The notes below the pieces were generated by a model, which did no database searches, had not been told where the DNA came from, and saw only the letters and a program-made list of their open reading frames with translations. The position numbers and the translations under genes are program-made. From a virus: 64,000 nucleotides of DNA. Shown here one piece after another: positions 28,406-39,048 of this stretch. Position 1 is the first letter of the stretch; the number at the start of each line of letters is the position of its first letter. The stretch spans positions 1-64,000 of the IMG/VR virus record IMGVR_UViG_3300020442_000015. One strand, given 5' to 3'.

Positions 28406-28704
28406 ACAACGACCTCATTGCCGACTACTGGACAGCACCAACACCACCCGTATCACCTACACAATGGCAATCAGTTTACGAAAAACAAAGGCGAGATCGC
28501 CTTGGAGACATTCTTGTAGATTATCTTGGCGATGAAACAGTTACACCTCGTAGAGTTTATGAAGAACTTCTGGCAGAAGTTGATTCATATCGCAAGTACC
28601 ATAAAGAAAATCTTGCCAGGGCAAACGAACTCTACGACCTCCTCCTCGGATTCAGACCAGGAGAATTTGCTCTTGAAGATGTCGAAAATGGGGTTGGAGG
28701 ATGA
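28402..28704 (+). CDS. Hypothetical protein
   Basis: ATGA-coupled ORF. Confidence 0.6.
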   Translation: MNNDLIADYWTAPTPPVSPTQWQSVYEKQRRDRLGDILVDYLGDETVTPRRVYEELLAEVDSYRKYHKENLARANELYDLLLGFRPGEFALEDVENGVGG

Positions 28705-28739
28705 GTGGAACGATTATGTTGACTGCTGCGATGCTTTAG

Positions 28740-28916
28740 ATGTCAAACCAAACCTCCGAAGATTCATCAGATACAACGAACTCTACCCTAGAACCACCCA
28801 TTCCTAATCTTATTGGGTTAGGTGTTTTGTTTTTAGGCACGATTGCAACCATTGTTTATGGTTACTTTCACGGCAATATGCATTTGATTACTACGTTGAA
28901 AAATGCTAGAGGATGA
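28740..28916 (+). CDS. Small membrane protein (58 aa, not in track)
   Basis: ...LIGLGVLFLGTIATIVYGYFHG single TM segment. Confidence 0.45.
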   Translation: MSNQTSEDSSDTTNSTLEPPIPNLIGLGVLFLGTIATIVYGYFHGNMHLITTLKNARG

Positions 28917-29343
28917 GTTTACTAAAATTTTACTAGGACACTGGGACAACGCATATCAGGCACAATGTAATCCTTCAAACTGGGCACACATTCATTACAA
29001 GTGGTACCTAGTTGGGAATACATTGTGTTCAAAACAATGGTATGAGTGGAGTGGACAGACGTACCGTGAACGATCACATAAAGTGAAAGAAGTTGACGGT
29101 AAGATTCTCCTGGAAACCTATCGTGATGCAAACATCAAAGAAACCGATATGTGGTTTGAAAAAACTAATAAAGGTTTCAAGGGTTACACCCTAGAAGGTG
29201 CTGTAAATCACAAAGGTGTTAAAGTATTTTCTGAAGTTGTCATTACCGAGAATCAGTTCACCACTGTAGATAAAGGTGATGATGGTGTAACCTGGGGTAA
29301 CACTCCTGGACCTTTTGTCTTCAAACGAAAATATATAGATTAG
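28903..29343 (+). CDS. cpeT: CpeT/CpcT-type bilin lyase, copy 1
   Basis: GHWDN..QAQ.NP..WAHI, KQWY, YRER, DKG, WG..GPF.F. Confidence 0.85.
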   Translation: MLEDEFTKILLGHWDNAYQAQCNPSNWAHIHYKWYLVGNTLCSKQWYEWSGQTYRERSHKVKEVDGKILLETYRDANIKETDMWFEKTNKGFKGYTLEGAVNHKGVKVFSEVVITENQFTTVDKGDDGVTWGNTPGPFVFKRKYID

Positions 29344-29347
29344 AATT

Positions 29348-29794
29348 ATGGAGAAGTTTCTAGACCTATTCGTTCATCATTGGCATAATCTTCGGCAAGC
29401 ACAACATTCACCAGCATCTTTTGCATACGTTCATTACGAGGTGACCTGGGATGGTGAACAACTGAAGACTAAGCAGTGGTATGATTATGAGGGTCCCGAT
29501 AAACCGTATCGCGAACGACAACATAACGTCAGTGATATGGAGGACGGTAAAGTTTTACTTGAAACTTTCAACAATTTCGTTAAACTGGCGGATACCATCT
29601 TTGTCCCAACTCCTGAAGGTTTTAGAGGACAAACAGAGGATGGTTACTTCGATCCCCAAGGTAGAAGAGTTGAAACCAAGGTTACCCTCACGAATACTGA
29701 ATTCGCTACTAGCGATAAAGGATGGGATAGAAATGGCAACTTACTGTGGGGCTCAGAAAAAGGACCGTTTGTGTTTAACCGATGTACAAAGTAA
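29348..29794 (+). CDS. cpeT: CpeT/CpcT-type bilin lyase, copy 2
   Basis: HWHN..QAQ.SP..FAYV, PYRER, DKGWD..G.LLWGS..GPF.F. Confidence 0.88.
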   Translation: MEKFLDLFVHHWHNLRQAQHSPASFAYVHYEVTWDGEQLKTKQWYDYEGPDKPYRERQHNVSDMEDGKVLLETFNNFVKLADTIFVPTPEGFRGQTEDGYFDPQGRRVETKVTLTNTEFATSDKGWDRNGNLLWGSEKGPFVFNRCTK

Positions 29795-30054
29795 CTTTCG
29801 ATTATCGTCTACTAATTCAGGACACCAAGTATGCACCTATCGTGTGCAAGTTCTGGTATATTAACGGTGTTCCATACACTTTTGATGAAATCGACTTTCC
29901 AGAAATCGAACTCCTTGAGAGTTGCGAAACAATAGATCCTTGGACTATCGATGATCTATATAAGTGGAGTAGTTACCTTGTTATGGAAGAGATTCACCCT
30001 CTCCTCTTTGAGTTGGAAGACCAGATAGAATGTGAATGTGAATTGCCAAATTAG
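29782..30054 (+). CDS. Conserved hypothetical protein
   Basis: INGVPYTFDE...SYLVMEE.HP; stop codon lies inside the tRNA. Confidence 0.65.
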   Translation: MYKVTFDYRLLIQDTKYAPIVCKFWYINGVPYTFDEIDFPEIELLESCETIDPWTIDDLYKWSSYLVMEEIHPLLFELEDQIECECELPN

Positions 30055-30118
30055 CTCAGCTGGATAGAGCAACGGTTTTGTAAACCGTAGGTCGTCGGTT
30101 CAAGTCCGACATTTGGCT
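30045..30118 (+). tRNA. trnT: tRNA-Thr (TGT), CCA not encoded
   Basis: Acceptor GCCAAAT/ATTTGGC; anticodon arm ACGGT-TTTGTAA-ACCGT; T-loop GGTTCAAGTCC. Confidence 0.95.
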
Positions 30119-30133
30119 CTCTGACATTTTATT

Positions 30134-30334
30134 ATGGACGATTCTTCTAAATATGTCTTCGGCGGATTCCCAGTGACATCCGTCAATATACTACGCCTCA
30201 TCAGCGAACTGGAGGGTTCATACCAACTTACCAAGTATATGGGTTTCAAGGAGGATATGGACACTTTGGAAGAAATCAAGAAGAGATACTATAAGATGTA
30301 TTTCAAACTTGCAAAAGAGGAGAAATCGTGCTAG
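30134..30334 (+). CDS. Hypothetical protein
   Basis: ORF after the tRNA. Confidence 0.65.
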   Translation: MDDSSKYVFGGFPVTSVNILRLISELEGSYQLTKYMGFKEDMDTLEEIKKRYYKMYFKLAKEEKSC

Positions 30335-30359
30335 GTTATGCTTGAAAAGTTTCATCGCT

Positions 30360-30560
30360 ATGACACACTACAAACCCTATAGTCCAGAATGGCATAGGCA
30401 ACGCTACCTCAAGGAAGCGTTACTAAAGTATCTTGACGATGGTGTAGACAACAATGCAATCTACACAGACATTCTGGACATCCTCCAAGAGAGATCCGAG
30501 TCAGCATATGCTGAATATGAACGGGTCACAGAGTTGGAATCAATGCTTCAATCTAAATAG
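30360..30560 (+). CDS. Hypothetical protein
   Basis: YKPYSPEWHR motif; ATG 30360. Confidence 0.65.
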   Translation: MTHYKPYSPEWHRQRYLKEALLKYLDDGVDNNAIYTDILDILQERSESAYAEYERVTELESMLQSK

Positions 30561-30579
30561 TCCGAACGCAGTACCGTCA

Positions 30580-30891
30580 ATGCTCTCAACCGCATATCGT
30601 CTCAGATTGGAATCAATCTGTCGTTGCATCGCTAATAATGAAGAAGTTCCCCTGGAAGATATGATCTGGGCGGAAAAACTAGCAAAAGCACATACACTCG
30701 CACGTGATTGGTTAAACAAGGCACGTCGTCAATCCAATGGAATTGAGGAGGGTAGTATGGATGATTTTATGAATAAGATGGGTTTAGGAGATCCCGATCC
30801 ATCTAACCACAAAACAGGGTTCTCTGGTGCAGACGAAATTGTTGACTGGTTTAAGCAAGATAAACCTGATGATTGGAGGCAACGTGACTGA
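30580..30891 (+). CDS. Conserved cyanophage hypothetical protein
   Basis: MLSTAYRLRLE.IC...DDWRQRD; CTAAATA upstream. Confidence 0.75.
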   Translation: MLSTAYRLRLESICRCIANNEEVPLEDMIWAEKLAKAHTLARDWLNKARRQSNGIEEGSMDDFMNKMGLGDPDPSNHKTGFSGADEIVDWFKQDKPDDWRQRD

Positions 30892-31041
30892 TACTACTAA
30901 TCTGAACATTGCCAAGAATTTGGTTGAGAAAATCGAAGAACTCTTGGATGGTGGCAAAGCACATTATCTTGAGTGCTCCGACCGTACTACGCATCACAAA
31001 AAAATCGTAATTGAATACGATCATTCTACTAGGGAGGCAAC

Positions 31042-31272
31042 GTGATTGAAGCAGACATCGTTTTGTATTCCGACGGCGGACAGGAGTCCCAGAGAGCGGA
31101 AATGCTACTCAAGACAGACGCACTGAGGTACAAAAAGTACGTTCTGGGAAAAGATTTTTCTAAGACAGAATTTGAAATGGAGTTTGGTGGCGATGCCCAC
31201 TATCCTCAATTAAATGTTGGAACTAAACACGTAGGTGGACTGAAAGAGTTTCTCCAACACCTCTATATGTGA
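31042..31272 (+). CDS. Glutaredoxin-like protein lacking CxxC
   Basis: EFG..A.YPQ...HVGG.KE fold motifs; QESQ in place of CxxC. Confidence 0.7.
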   Translation: MIEADIVLYSDGGQESQRAEMLLKTDALRYKKYVLGKDFSKTEFEMEFGGDAHYPQLNVGTKHVGGLKEFLQHLYM

Positions 31273-31312
31273 ACAGTATAAATAGGTTTGTATAAATTAG
31301 CGCCTGAGTTAA

Positions 31313-32638
31313 GTGGGTACAAAAAGAATATCACAATTAGAGACTCTGGCAGATGCCGTCTTGACGGGAGAAGCAATTCTCCCCGTTGTTATCTCTGACC
31401 CACTGATCCCAAATAGAAAAGCGAAGATCAATCAACTTTTCAAAGGGGTTAGTGCAGGATCTCAATCAGCCCCAGGACTTTGTTTCGACCTGGACCGCGA
31501 CACTGGTCTATACCAGAACGCATATGATGAGATTGGTATGGCATTCGGTACGTCTTCAATGTACTACCGAAAGCAGAACAACGCCGATGGATCTGCTACG
31601 ATTCGTATGATCGCAGGTGACACAACGTCATCTAACGTCAATATTGATATGCGTCCGCAGGGATCTGGAAGATTCCTTGTGAACGGACCTGCTGAATTCC
31701 AAGACGTGAACCTTCTGATCGCTGACGATCAGAACCCTGACAAGAAAGCAAAATTTGAAGTTTCTGGTGTCTCAACAGGCGCGGGTATCAGAACATTTGC
31801 GCTTCCTAGCACGGGTCAGTTCACATCTACAACTCTTCTTGGTAATGATACAGCGCAGACAATCAGTAACAAGACGATCATCATCAAGGATGGTGACCTG
31901 AGAATTACTGGTTCTTCTGACACTGCTAAGATTGCATTGTTTGAAACTGATGCTTGGGAAGCACCAGGAACGCACATCTATCGTCTTCCTGATTATGGAA
32001 CGACTGCTGCACAATCGACACTGATTGATACTATTACTGAACAAAACGTCAGTAATAAGAACTTCATCAATCCGTCAATCTCAAACATTGAATCTGGTGA
32101 TCCCAATGCTCCAACACCAAAGGTTACCTTCCTTTCTGGTGATGTGACATCTGATCGTGTTGTGACTTTCCCTGACCAGTCTATGACTGTTGCAGGTACA
32201 GAGTCTTCACAAACACTGAAGAACAAAGATTACGCTGATCCTCGTTTTGCTGATGGTACAGACATCACAAAGCGTGTCCAGTTTGATCTTTCGGAGATGC
32301 CTGGCGCTACTATTAACCGCTATTCATTTCCATATCAAAATCTGAACGTACCGATTTCGGAAAACAATGTTTTTGTTACCGAGAAGGCACGTCAGGTGTT
32401 GTCCGACAAGTCAATCGTTGGACTTAAACTGATCGATGAAACAAACGATCAGAACCAGGTGAATCTGGTACTGGACAACATTACTGGTACTAAATCTATT
32501 AGATTCCCGAATGCAGATGCAACTCTGCTTTCAACCGAAAACGTCGGAACACTGGGTGTTAGCTTTGGTGGTCCGATTTCTGCTCCCGACCTCGGTGGTA
32601 GACTTAGACTCCAACAACACTTTACAGCAGGATGGTAA
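31313..32638 (+). CDS. Virion structural / tail protein
   Basis: TATAAATA upstream; TKRISQL start; repeated T.Q.L.NK motifs. Confidence 0.75.
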   Translation: MGTKRISQLETLADAVLTGEAILPVVISDPLIPNRKAKINQLFKGVSAGSQSAPGLCFDLDRDTGLYQNAYDEIGMAFGTSSMYYRKQNNADGSATIRMIAGDTTSSNVNIDMRPQGSGRFLVNGPAEFQDVNLLIADDQNPDKKAKFEVSGVSTGAGIRTFALPSTGQFTSTTLLGNDTAQTISNKTIIIKDGDLRITGSSDTAKIALFETDAWEAPGTHIYRLPDYGTTAAQSTLIDTITEQNVSNKNFINPSISNIESGDPNAPTPKVTFLSGDVTSDRVVTFPDQSMTVAGTESSQTLKNKDYADPRFADGTDITKRVQFDLSEMPGATINRYSFPYQNLNVPISENNVFVTEKARQVLSDKSIVGLKLIDETNDQNQVNLVLDNITGTKSIRFPNADATLLSTENVGTLGVSFGGPISAPDLGGRLRLQQHFTAGW

Positions 32639-32645
32639 TTAACAA

Positions 32646-34547
32646 ATGACAGCAGGAAGACTCGCTGCTGCCGCACCAGCAGCAACTACTAATACAGTTT
32701 TATACTCGACAAACTCGTTGAACACAGCGTCAACAGTTCTTCAAGTTGCAGAAAGGGGTGGATCCGCTGCAACTTATCGCGTTGGGCATAAGAACTACAC
32801 ACAAGAACTTACACTGGATGCAAACACCTATAAGTTTGCACCGAGAAACGTAGTTTCTAACTACAAGATTGAGATCCTCCCAGGTATCTCTAGAACTGAT
32901 GCAACTCCTGGTTTGGCAATTAACTCTGCCGACCTTGCTAAGTCTGCATTTCTCGCTGACGTGTTTGTGGATACATCCATTATCACTAACTACGTCAAGG
33001 TGATGACGACAACATCGTTTGGTATTGATACTAACGCTGTTGTTGGTACCTTCCAAGGTGGTGAGACTATCACAGGTGGCACATCTGGTTTTACTGCAAC
33101 TGCACGTGGAGTTGGTACTCAGTTCAATGCAGAAGTTGCAGACCTTACTTCTGGCGCTACATCCATCAACATCAGTGACGGTACTGTCGCTGCTGCTAAT
33201 GCCTATTTCGTGTTGAGCGATGGCATTGTAGGTTACACCGCTGAGATCATTCAGATTTCTAGTGCTGCTTTCTACACTGGAGCAACTGGTGGTGCTGATA
33301 TGACTGTGGTCCGTGCACAACTCGGCACGACTGCTGCTGCACACCGTTCTGGTCAAGTTGTTACCATCTATCAGGCAGCAGCAGGAACCACCACTATCAA
33401 CGAGGGTGCACAGTTTGCTGCTGGTGATACCACACTGACTGTGACTGACGGTACGACTGGTATTACTGGTCAATATGTTCAGGTTGGCAACGAGGTGATG
33501 CTGATCACCGCTGCTGCTGGTAACGATTGGACAGTGACTCGTGGACAGTTTGGTACAACTGATGCAGCACACGCTGACGGTTCTACTGTTACTCCTTGGA
33601 CTGCTGGTGCACAGGCTCAGGTCAACTGGTTTGATGGTGCTGAAACCGTCACTGGTGGCACATCCAACGCAACTGCAACAACTCAGTTCACTCCTACTTC
33701 ATCTGCTTCCTACACAACTGGTTTCGTTTGGGGTACAACTGCTGGACAGGAAGTTGTTCCTGGTGCGTTCACGATGGACGTTGATCGTACTTATCGCTTT
33801 GATCAGTCTGATTCTTCTAACACTGGACTTCCACTGAGATTCTCTGACACTCAGGATGGTACAGGTGCACAACCTACCCCTGGTACAGAATTTACCACTG
33901 GTGTTACTAAGACTGGTACTGCTGGTACAGATGGTATTATTGACATCGTTCCTGATGCTCAAACACCTGACCCAATTTTCTATTATGCAGAAGGTACTAC
34001 TGGATATTCTGCATCTATCGATGTTGTTCCCGATCCTGTCTTCACTGAGGTCTTCCTCTATGATGTTGAAGGAACTTGGGTGCAAGGTGATACCTTCACG
34101 ATTGGTACTGCAACTCTGACAGTTGGTACTGTGACTGGTGGTAAGTATGGTTATGTTTCTGAGTGGGATTCTGCAAATAGCAAACTGTATGTGACACTTG
34201 GTATTAACTCCGCTGCTTTTGCTGGAACTGATACTTTCGTTGACACTCCTCCTGAAACAGGTGCCGATAGAGCAACTGCTACGGTCAGTAGCGCGGGTGC
34301 TGCGACAGATCTCCTCACTAAGGATTACATCTATTACGATTATGCTATTGCTGCTAATGCAACCAATAAGCATAGTGGTATTGTTGTTGGACCAAACTCT
34401 CACATCATTGTATATGCGTCTACAGCAGATCTCACATTCCAAGTAAATGGATTTGAGAATGCTGCAACTGACTTCTTGCCTCAACAGTATAACCAGACTA
34501 CTGGTACTGCTGGTGGTGGTGCAGGTGGTGGACAACCTACCCCCTGA
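32646..34547 (+). CDS. Virion structural protein (Thr/Gly-rich)
   Basis: Repeated VTRGQ.GT.AAAH and ET.TGGTS.ATAT; TYRFDQSD.SN. Confidence 0.75.
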   Translation: MTAGRLAAAAPAATTNTVLYSTNSLNTASTVLQVAERGGSAATYRVGHKNYTQELTLDANTYKFAPRNVVSNYKIEILPGISRTDATPGLAINSADLAKSAFLADVFVDTSIITNYVKVMTTTSFGIDTNAVVGTFQGGETITGGTSGFTATARGVGTQFNAEVADLTSGATSINISDGTVAAANAYFVLSDGIVGYTAEIIQISSAAFYTGATGGADMTVVRAQLGTTAAAHRSGQVVTIYQAAAGTTTINEGAQFAAGDTTLTVTDGTTGITGQYVQVGNEVMLITAAAGNDWTVTRGQFGTTDAAHADGSTVTPWTAGAQAQVNWFDGAETVTGGTSNATATTQFTPTSSASYTTGFVWGTTAGQEVVPGAFTMDVDRTYRFDQSDSSNTGLPLRFSDTQDGTGAQPTPGTEFTTGVTKTGTAGTDGIIDIVPDAQTPDPIFYYAEGTTGYSASIDVVPDPVFTEVFLYDVEGTWVQGDTFTIGTATLTVGTVTGGKYGYVSEWDSANSKLYVTLGINSAAFAGTDTFVDTPPETGADRATATVSSAGAATDLLTKDYIYYDYAIAANATNKHSGIVVGPNSHIIVYASTADLTFQVNGFENAATDFLPQQYNQTTGTAGGGAGGGQPTP

Positions 34548-34590
34548 TCTAGGTGACAACTAAATACTCATATAACAGGATTCCAAGTAA

Positions 34591-37500
34591 ATGGCACTAA
34601 CTCGTCTTAAGAATATTATCACGTCTAGGACGGGACGTATTATCTACGTCAACCCTGACGACTTCGATGCATCGGACGCATACGACAATAGAGGTAACTC
34701 GGCACTGCGTCCGTTCAAGACGTTGCAACGTGCCTTCCTTGAAGTGGCAAGGTTCTCCTATCGAGTTGGTCTGAGTAATGACGAATTCGATGCATTCTCC
34801 ATTTACTTGTATCCTTCTGAGTATGTTCTAGATAATCGTCCTGGTACTTCTAACTTTAACGAGATCACTCCGTTTGATGAGAATACCAACTTTGATTTAA
34901 CATCACCCAACAACATCTTATATAAGTTCAACTCTGTAAACGGTGGTATCATCTGCCCTAGAGGTGTTTCTGTTGTTGGTTCTGACCTTCGTCGTACGAA
35001 GATCATTCCTAAGTATGTGCCATATCCAACGATCAATGCATCGCTTGGTATCACATCTGCTAACGAACCTGCAAACTCTGCAATCTTCAGACTGACTGGT
35101 GGTTGCTATTTCTGGCAGGCATCGTTCTTCGATGGTGATAACAATGGTGTGTATTATCGTCCTGATGTGACAGAGACGATTGCACCTAACTTCTCTCACC
35201 ATAAGATTACTTGTTTCGAGTATGCTAACGTAGCAGACTTGGAACTTTACTATCAGAAGATCTCGAAAGCATACGCTACAATTCCTGATACTTCTGGTAC
35301 GATTGCACAAGACCAGTTGCAAGCAAGGGTCGAAGAAAACAGAATCGTTGGTCCGATTTCCGACGAATTCCGTGTTTCTCAGATCATTAGAAACGGTCAA
35401 ACTGCAACAGCATTTACTGTTGATATTCAGGACAACCCAGTCAACCACGGTTTCTCTGTGGGTGTTGCTGTTAATATTTCTGGTGTTACTGGACCAACAG
35501 AAACCGACTCGAACCTGTATAATGGTTCTTTCCTTGTTACATCTGCACAAGGTAACCAGTTTACCTATCAGATGTCAGCAGAACCATCGGGTAATGCAAT
35601 CGGTTCCAACGTTCTTGTGAAGGTTGAGATTGACACGGTTGACTCTGCGTCACCATATGTGTTCAATATGTCATTGAGATCGGTGTGGGGCATCAACGGG
35701 ATGCACGCAGATGGTTCTCAGGCAACTGGTTTCAAATCGATGGTTGTGGCACAGTTCACGGGTATCTCTCTACAAAAGGATGACCGTGCCTTCGTGCTAT
35801 ATAACCCATCCACAGGTAACTATGAAGCGCAGGCAGCAGGATCTGGTGCCCATATTAACGGTCTATGTAAATACCGTAAAGGATGGCGTCACGTCCATAT
35901 TAGAGCATCCAACGACTCATTCATTCAGGTTGTGTCTGTGTTTGCTGTGGGATTTGGTGACCATTTCTTCAGTGACAGCGGTGGCGACCTTTCTATTACT
36001 AACAGTAACTCAAACTTCGGAAACACCTCCCTGCGATCCAAAGGATTTAAGTCAGCAGCGTTTACAAAGGATAAAGCAGGTCAGATAACACATATTATTC
36101 CACCTAAAGGAATCTCTGATGTTGCTGAGGTTTCTATTAACTGGGTGACATTTGATATTAACAAGATCCGTGCAGCAGCAGATCCTACAAAACTGTATCT
36201 GTACGGTTATACAAACGAGAACGCAAAACCCCCTAGCAAAATTCAGGGTTATACCATCGGTGCACGTAGAGATTCACCTACACTGCCTGATAAGATTAAC
36301 GTTCTCTTGGTTGCATCTGGTGCAAACGCACCTACAACTCACACTGCAAAGATCGACCCCTCTGGTCCTACAGTGACGGGTACATCTCCTGGAGATGATG
36401 AGTCCCCGATCAAGTATGATCCTAACCAGTCTAACTGGTACTTGCAGGTTGACTCTGCAAATAATGATATTTACACAACTCTAATCGCTAACAGTCAGTA
36501 TCAAAATCTTGGATTCACGCCAACATCATTCATCAGAAGAGTCCCTGACGCAAGAGACCTTAAGGATAGAATCTACAGATTTAGATATGTACTGGACAAG
36601 GATGCGTTCCCGATTCCTAGAGAACCCATTACTGGTTTCGTGGTACAACCTAGATCTTCAGAGACTAACTCTCCTGCATATGATAAGACATACTACATCT
36701 ATGAAGTAGAAACTTATCAAGAGTTTGAGCGTGGTGTTGCTGATGGTATCTACTATCTGACATTCTTGAACGCATCTGTGTCTCCTGCAACGTCTAACTT
36801 CGACGACTTTGCATTCTCACAACAGACTGTTGACTTGTATCCTGCATTTGACAGAGACAACCCTGTTGCTGACCCTGGTCCTGCTATCTCTGTTGCAGAT
36901 AATGATGTTCTGGGTCTGGTTAGAACAACTGATGGTGCAACTCCTACTCCTAATGAAGACACTAAACTGTCTATCACTAAGGAAACATCACAGTTCTTCC
37001 TGCTTGAGCAAGAGAACAACCTTGGTTACAATACCACATCCAACACACTGAATAGTATTGTTGTTACTGCACGTTTGGGTGATGAGGAAGAAAGAAAGAT
37101 TCCTTTGAAACTGAATGCAGACAACTCTGTTGCACCTATCCTCTGTGAATTGAGAAGATACTCGATTCTTAGAGCATCTGGTCACACGTTTGAATATCTT
37201 GGTTTCGGTCCTGGTAACTACTCAACTGCATTCCCATCTACTCAGGTGGAAGTGTTGTCACCTGCACAGGTTAGACTGTCACAGTCACTCAAAGAAGCAG
37301 CAGGTGTTGCATACTACTCTGGTGTGAACTCTGATGGTGAACTGTTCGTTGGTAACCAGGTTATTAACCCAGTTACGGGTCAGATCACAAACGAGGATAT
37401 TGCACAGTTGAACGTCTTGGGTGAAGAAGGTACAACGATTGAGACCTTCTCTGAGATCGTTCTTACTGACAAACTCACCGTTATCGGTGGTGCATCTAAC

Positions 37501-38166
37501 CAGTTGGAATCTGTCTTCTCAGGTCCTGTTACTTTCCAGAAGCGTATTACTGCTCAGGAAAACATTCAGACCCTGAAACTTACTTACAGTAACGATGATG
37601 GTACTGTACTAAAGCAGACGTTCCTTGCAGAAGATGATGGATCAGGTCAACCAGATATTGATTCGTCACTTGCATTTAATGATGGCGATATTATCTATAA
37701 TATTGATTGGCAGGCAGGTGATTCACTTGGTTGGATTTATGAAACAGGAACTTGGTATCAGTTTGGTCTGACAGATACCTCACCTATTACTGCACGTCGT
37801 TTCAGTGGTGTGACCAACTATGGTATCGGTATGGCACCCGATGCCAATAACAGAATGAAGATCAGTGGCAACACTTACATCGATGGTAACCTTGATGTGA
37901 GTGGCAATTATGGTGCTGCTGATAAATATAGACTGGCAACTGGTATTGCAAATGGCAATAACGGTGTCACGTACAGTGGCAATGGATCTACATCATCCTT
38001 TGCTATCTCCGCTGGACACACCTCCTACTCTGTGTTGGTGTTCCTTAATGGTGTTGCACAGATCCCTGGTGTTGATTATCAGGTTTCTGGTAACGCAGTT
38101 GACTTTAGTATTAGCACTCCCCCTGCGACTGGTGACGTGATTCAGATCAGAGAACTCGTTATCTAA
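34591..38166 (+). CDS. Large tail fibre / baseplate structural protein (1191 aa)
   Basis: MALTRLKN...RPFKTLQRA..E, PRGVSVVG.DLR; late promoter CTAAATA at 34560. Confidence 0.8.
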   Translation: MALTRLKNIITSRTGRIIYVNPDDFDASDAYDNRGNSALRPFKTLQRAFLEVARFSYRVGLSNDEFDAFSIYLYPSEYVLDNRPGTSNFNEITPFDENTNFDLTSPNNILYKFNSVNGGIICPRGVSVVGSDLRRTKIIPKYVPYPTINASLGITSANEPANSAIFRLTGGCYFWQASFFDGDNNGVYYRPDVTETIAPNFSHHKITCFEYANVADLELYYQKISKAYATIPDTSGTIAQDQLQARVEENRIVGPISDEFRVSQIIRNGQTATAFTVDIQDNPVNHGFSVGVAVNISGVTGPTETDSNLYNGSFLVTSAQGNQFTYQMSAEPSGNAIGSNVLVKVEIDTVDSASPYVFNMSLRSVWGINGMHADGSQATGFKSMVVAQFTGISLQKDDRAFVLYNPSTGNYEAQAAGSGAHINGLCKYRKGWRHVHIRASNDSFIQVVSVFAVGFGDHFFSDSGGDLSITNSNSNFGNTSLRSKGFKSAAFTKDKAGQITHIIPPKGISDVAEVSINWVTFDINKIRAAADPTKLYLYGYTNENAKPPSKIQGYTIGARRDSPTLPDKINVLLVASGANAPTTHTAKIDPSGPTVTGTSPGDDESPIKYDPNQSNWYLQVDSANNDIYTTLIANSQYQNLGFTPTSFIRRVPDARDLKDRIYRFRYVLDKDAFPIPREPITGFVVQPRSSETNSPAYDKTYYIYEVETYQEFERGVADGIYYLTFLNASVSPATSNFDDFAFSQQTVDLYPAFDRDNPVADPGPAISVADNDVLGLVRTTDGATPTPNEDTKLSITKETSQFFLLEQENNLGYNTTSNTLNSIVVTARLGDEEERKIPLKLNADNSVAPILCELRRYSILRASGHTFEYLGFGPGNYSTAFPSTQVEVLSPAQVRLSQSLKEAAGVAYYSGVNSDGELFVGNQVINPVTGQITNEDIAQLNVLGEEGTTIETFSEIVLTDKLTVIGGASNQLESVFSGPVTFQKRITAQENIQTLKLTYSNDDGTVLKQTFLAEDDGSGQPDIDSSLAFNDGDIIYNIDWQAGDSLGWIYETGTWYQFGLTDTSPITARRFSGVTNYGIGMAPDANNRMKISGNTYIDGNLDVSGNYGAADKYRLATGIANGNNGVTYSGNGSTSSFAISAGHTSYSVLVFLNGVAQIPGVDYQVSGNAVDFSISTPPATGDVIQIRELVI

Positions 38167-38191
38167 ATACTATTGTAGAGACTAGGTTCCT

Positions 38192-39046
38192 ATGGCAACC
38201 AAGATTAACGGTAATCAGATACAAGCGACCACCAGAGGTTTGGTGGAAGCGTGGCAGATTACTGAACAACTTAACCTTCCCTCGCTAAACCAATCACAGG
38301 TCAATGCTCTTGGCACTCCTGCGTTTGGTACGGTTGTGTATAACTCAACCGAGGATATGGCGCAGATCTATAAACAGGATGCCAACCAAGGTAACCCTGG
38401 ATGGAGTGACGTTGGTGGAGGTGGTCCTGCGATTGGTGATAAGTCAATCATCAGAACGAACGGTACAACTATTGCCGAAAACCTGACGATTGGTGCTACA
38501 TTCAACGGTGGTGTTGAATTTACTAACGGTTTCTCCGCTGGTCCGATTGAGATTGCGTCTGGATATACACTCACCATTGAGAATGGTGCATCCTGGATGA
38601 TTATGGGTGACGACGATCTGTCGTTCGCTGAGTTTGTTGATATTGAATCACAGCACGCTACGTTTACTGGAACTCTACACTTCAGTGAAACGAAAGAGAG
38701 CATTTATTATTATATGACGAGTGGGTCAGTTACCCACGATTTCAATAACGGTAACACGATCTGGATTAACAAAACTGGTGGTGGTAACTTCACACTTACC
38801 CTAAACAATGTGCCTACTGATGGTGCACACGGTTATGGTATTACTGTGGTTATGAAAACTGAAGGTGGTAGTGGTATTCCTACTGGACTTGTAATTAACG
38901 GACAATCCACAAGTATTTTCTGGTCTGGTGGTAACGTTCCTGGTATGGATGGTACATACTGTATCATCTCTTTTGCTATGGTTTATATCTCTAACCCTAA
39001 CCAGCAAGCATTCTCTGTCTTCGGTTCCGCTGTTAATTATTCCTGA
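38192..39046 (+). CDS. Tail fibre protein
   Basis: Late promoter; SAGPIEI.SG.TLTI..G.SW; I.WSGG.VP domain. Confidence 0.7.
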   Translation: MATKINGNQIQATTRGLVEAWQITEQLNLPSLNQSQVNALGTPAFGTVVYNSTEDMAQIYKQDANQGNPGWSDVGGGGPAIGDKSIIRTNGTTIAENLTIGATFNGGVEFTNGFSAGPIEIASGYTLTIENGASWMIMGDDDLSFAEFVDIESQHATFTGTLHFSETKESIYYYMTSGSVTHDFNNGNTIWINKTGGGNFTLTLNNVPTDGAHGYGITVVMKTEGGSGIPTGLVINGQSTSIFWSGGNVPGMDGTYCIISFAMVYISNPNQQAFSVFGSAVNYS

Positions 39047-39048
39047 TT

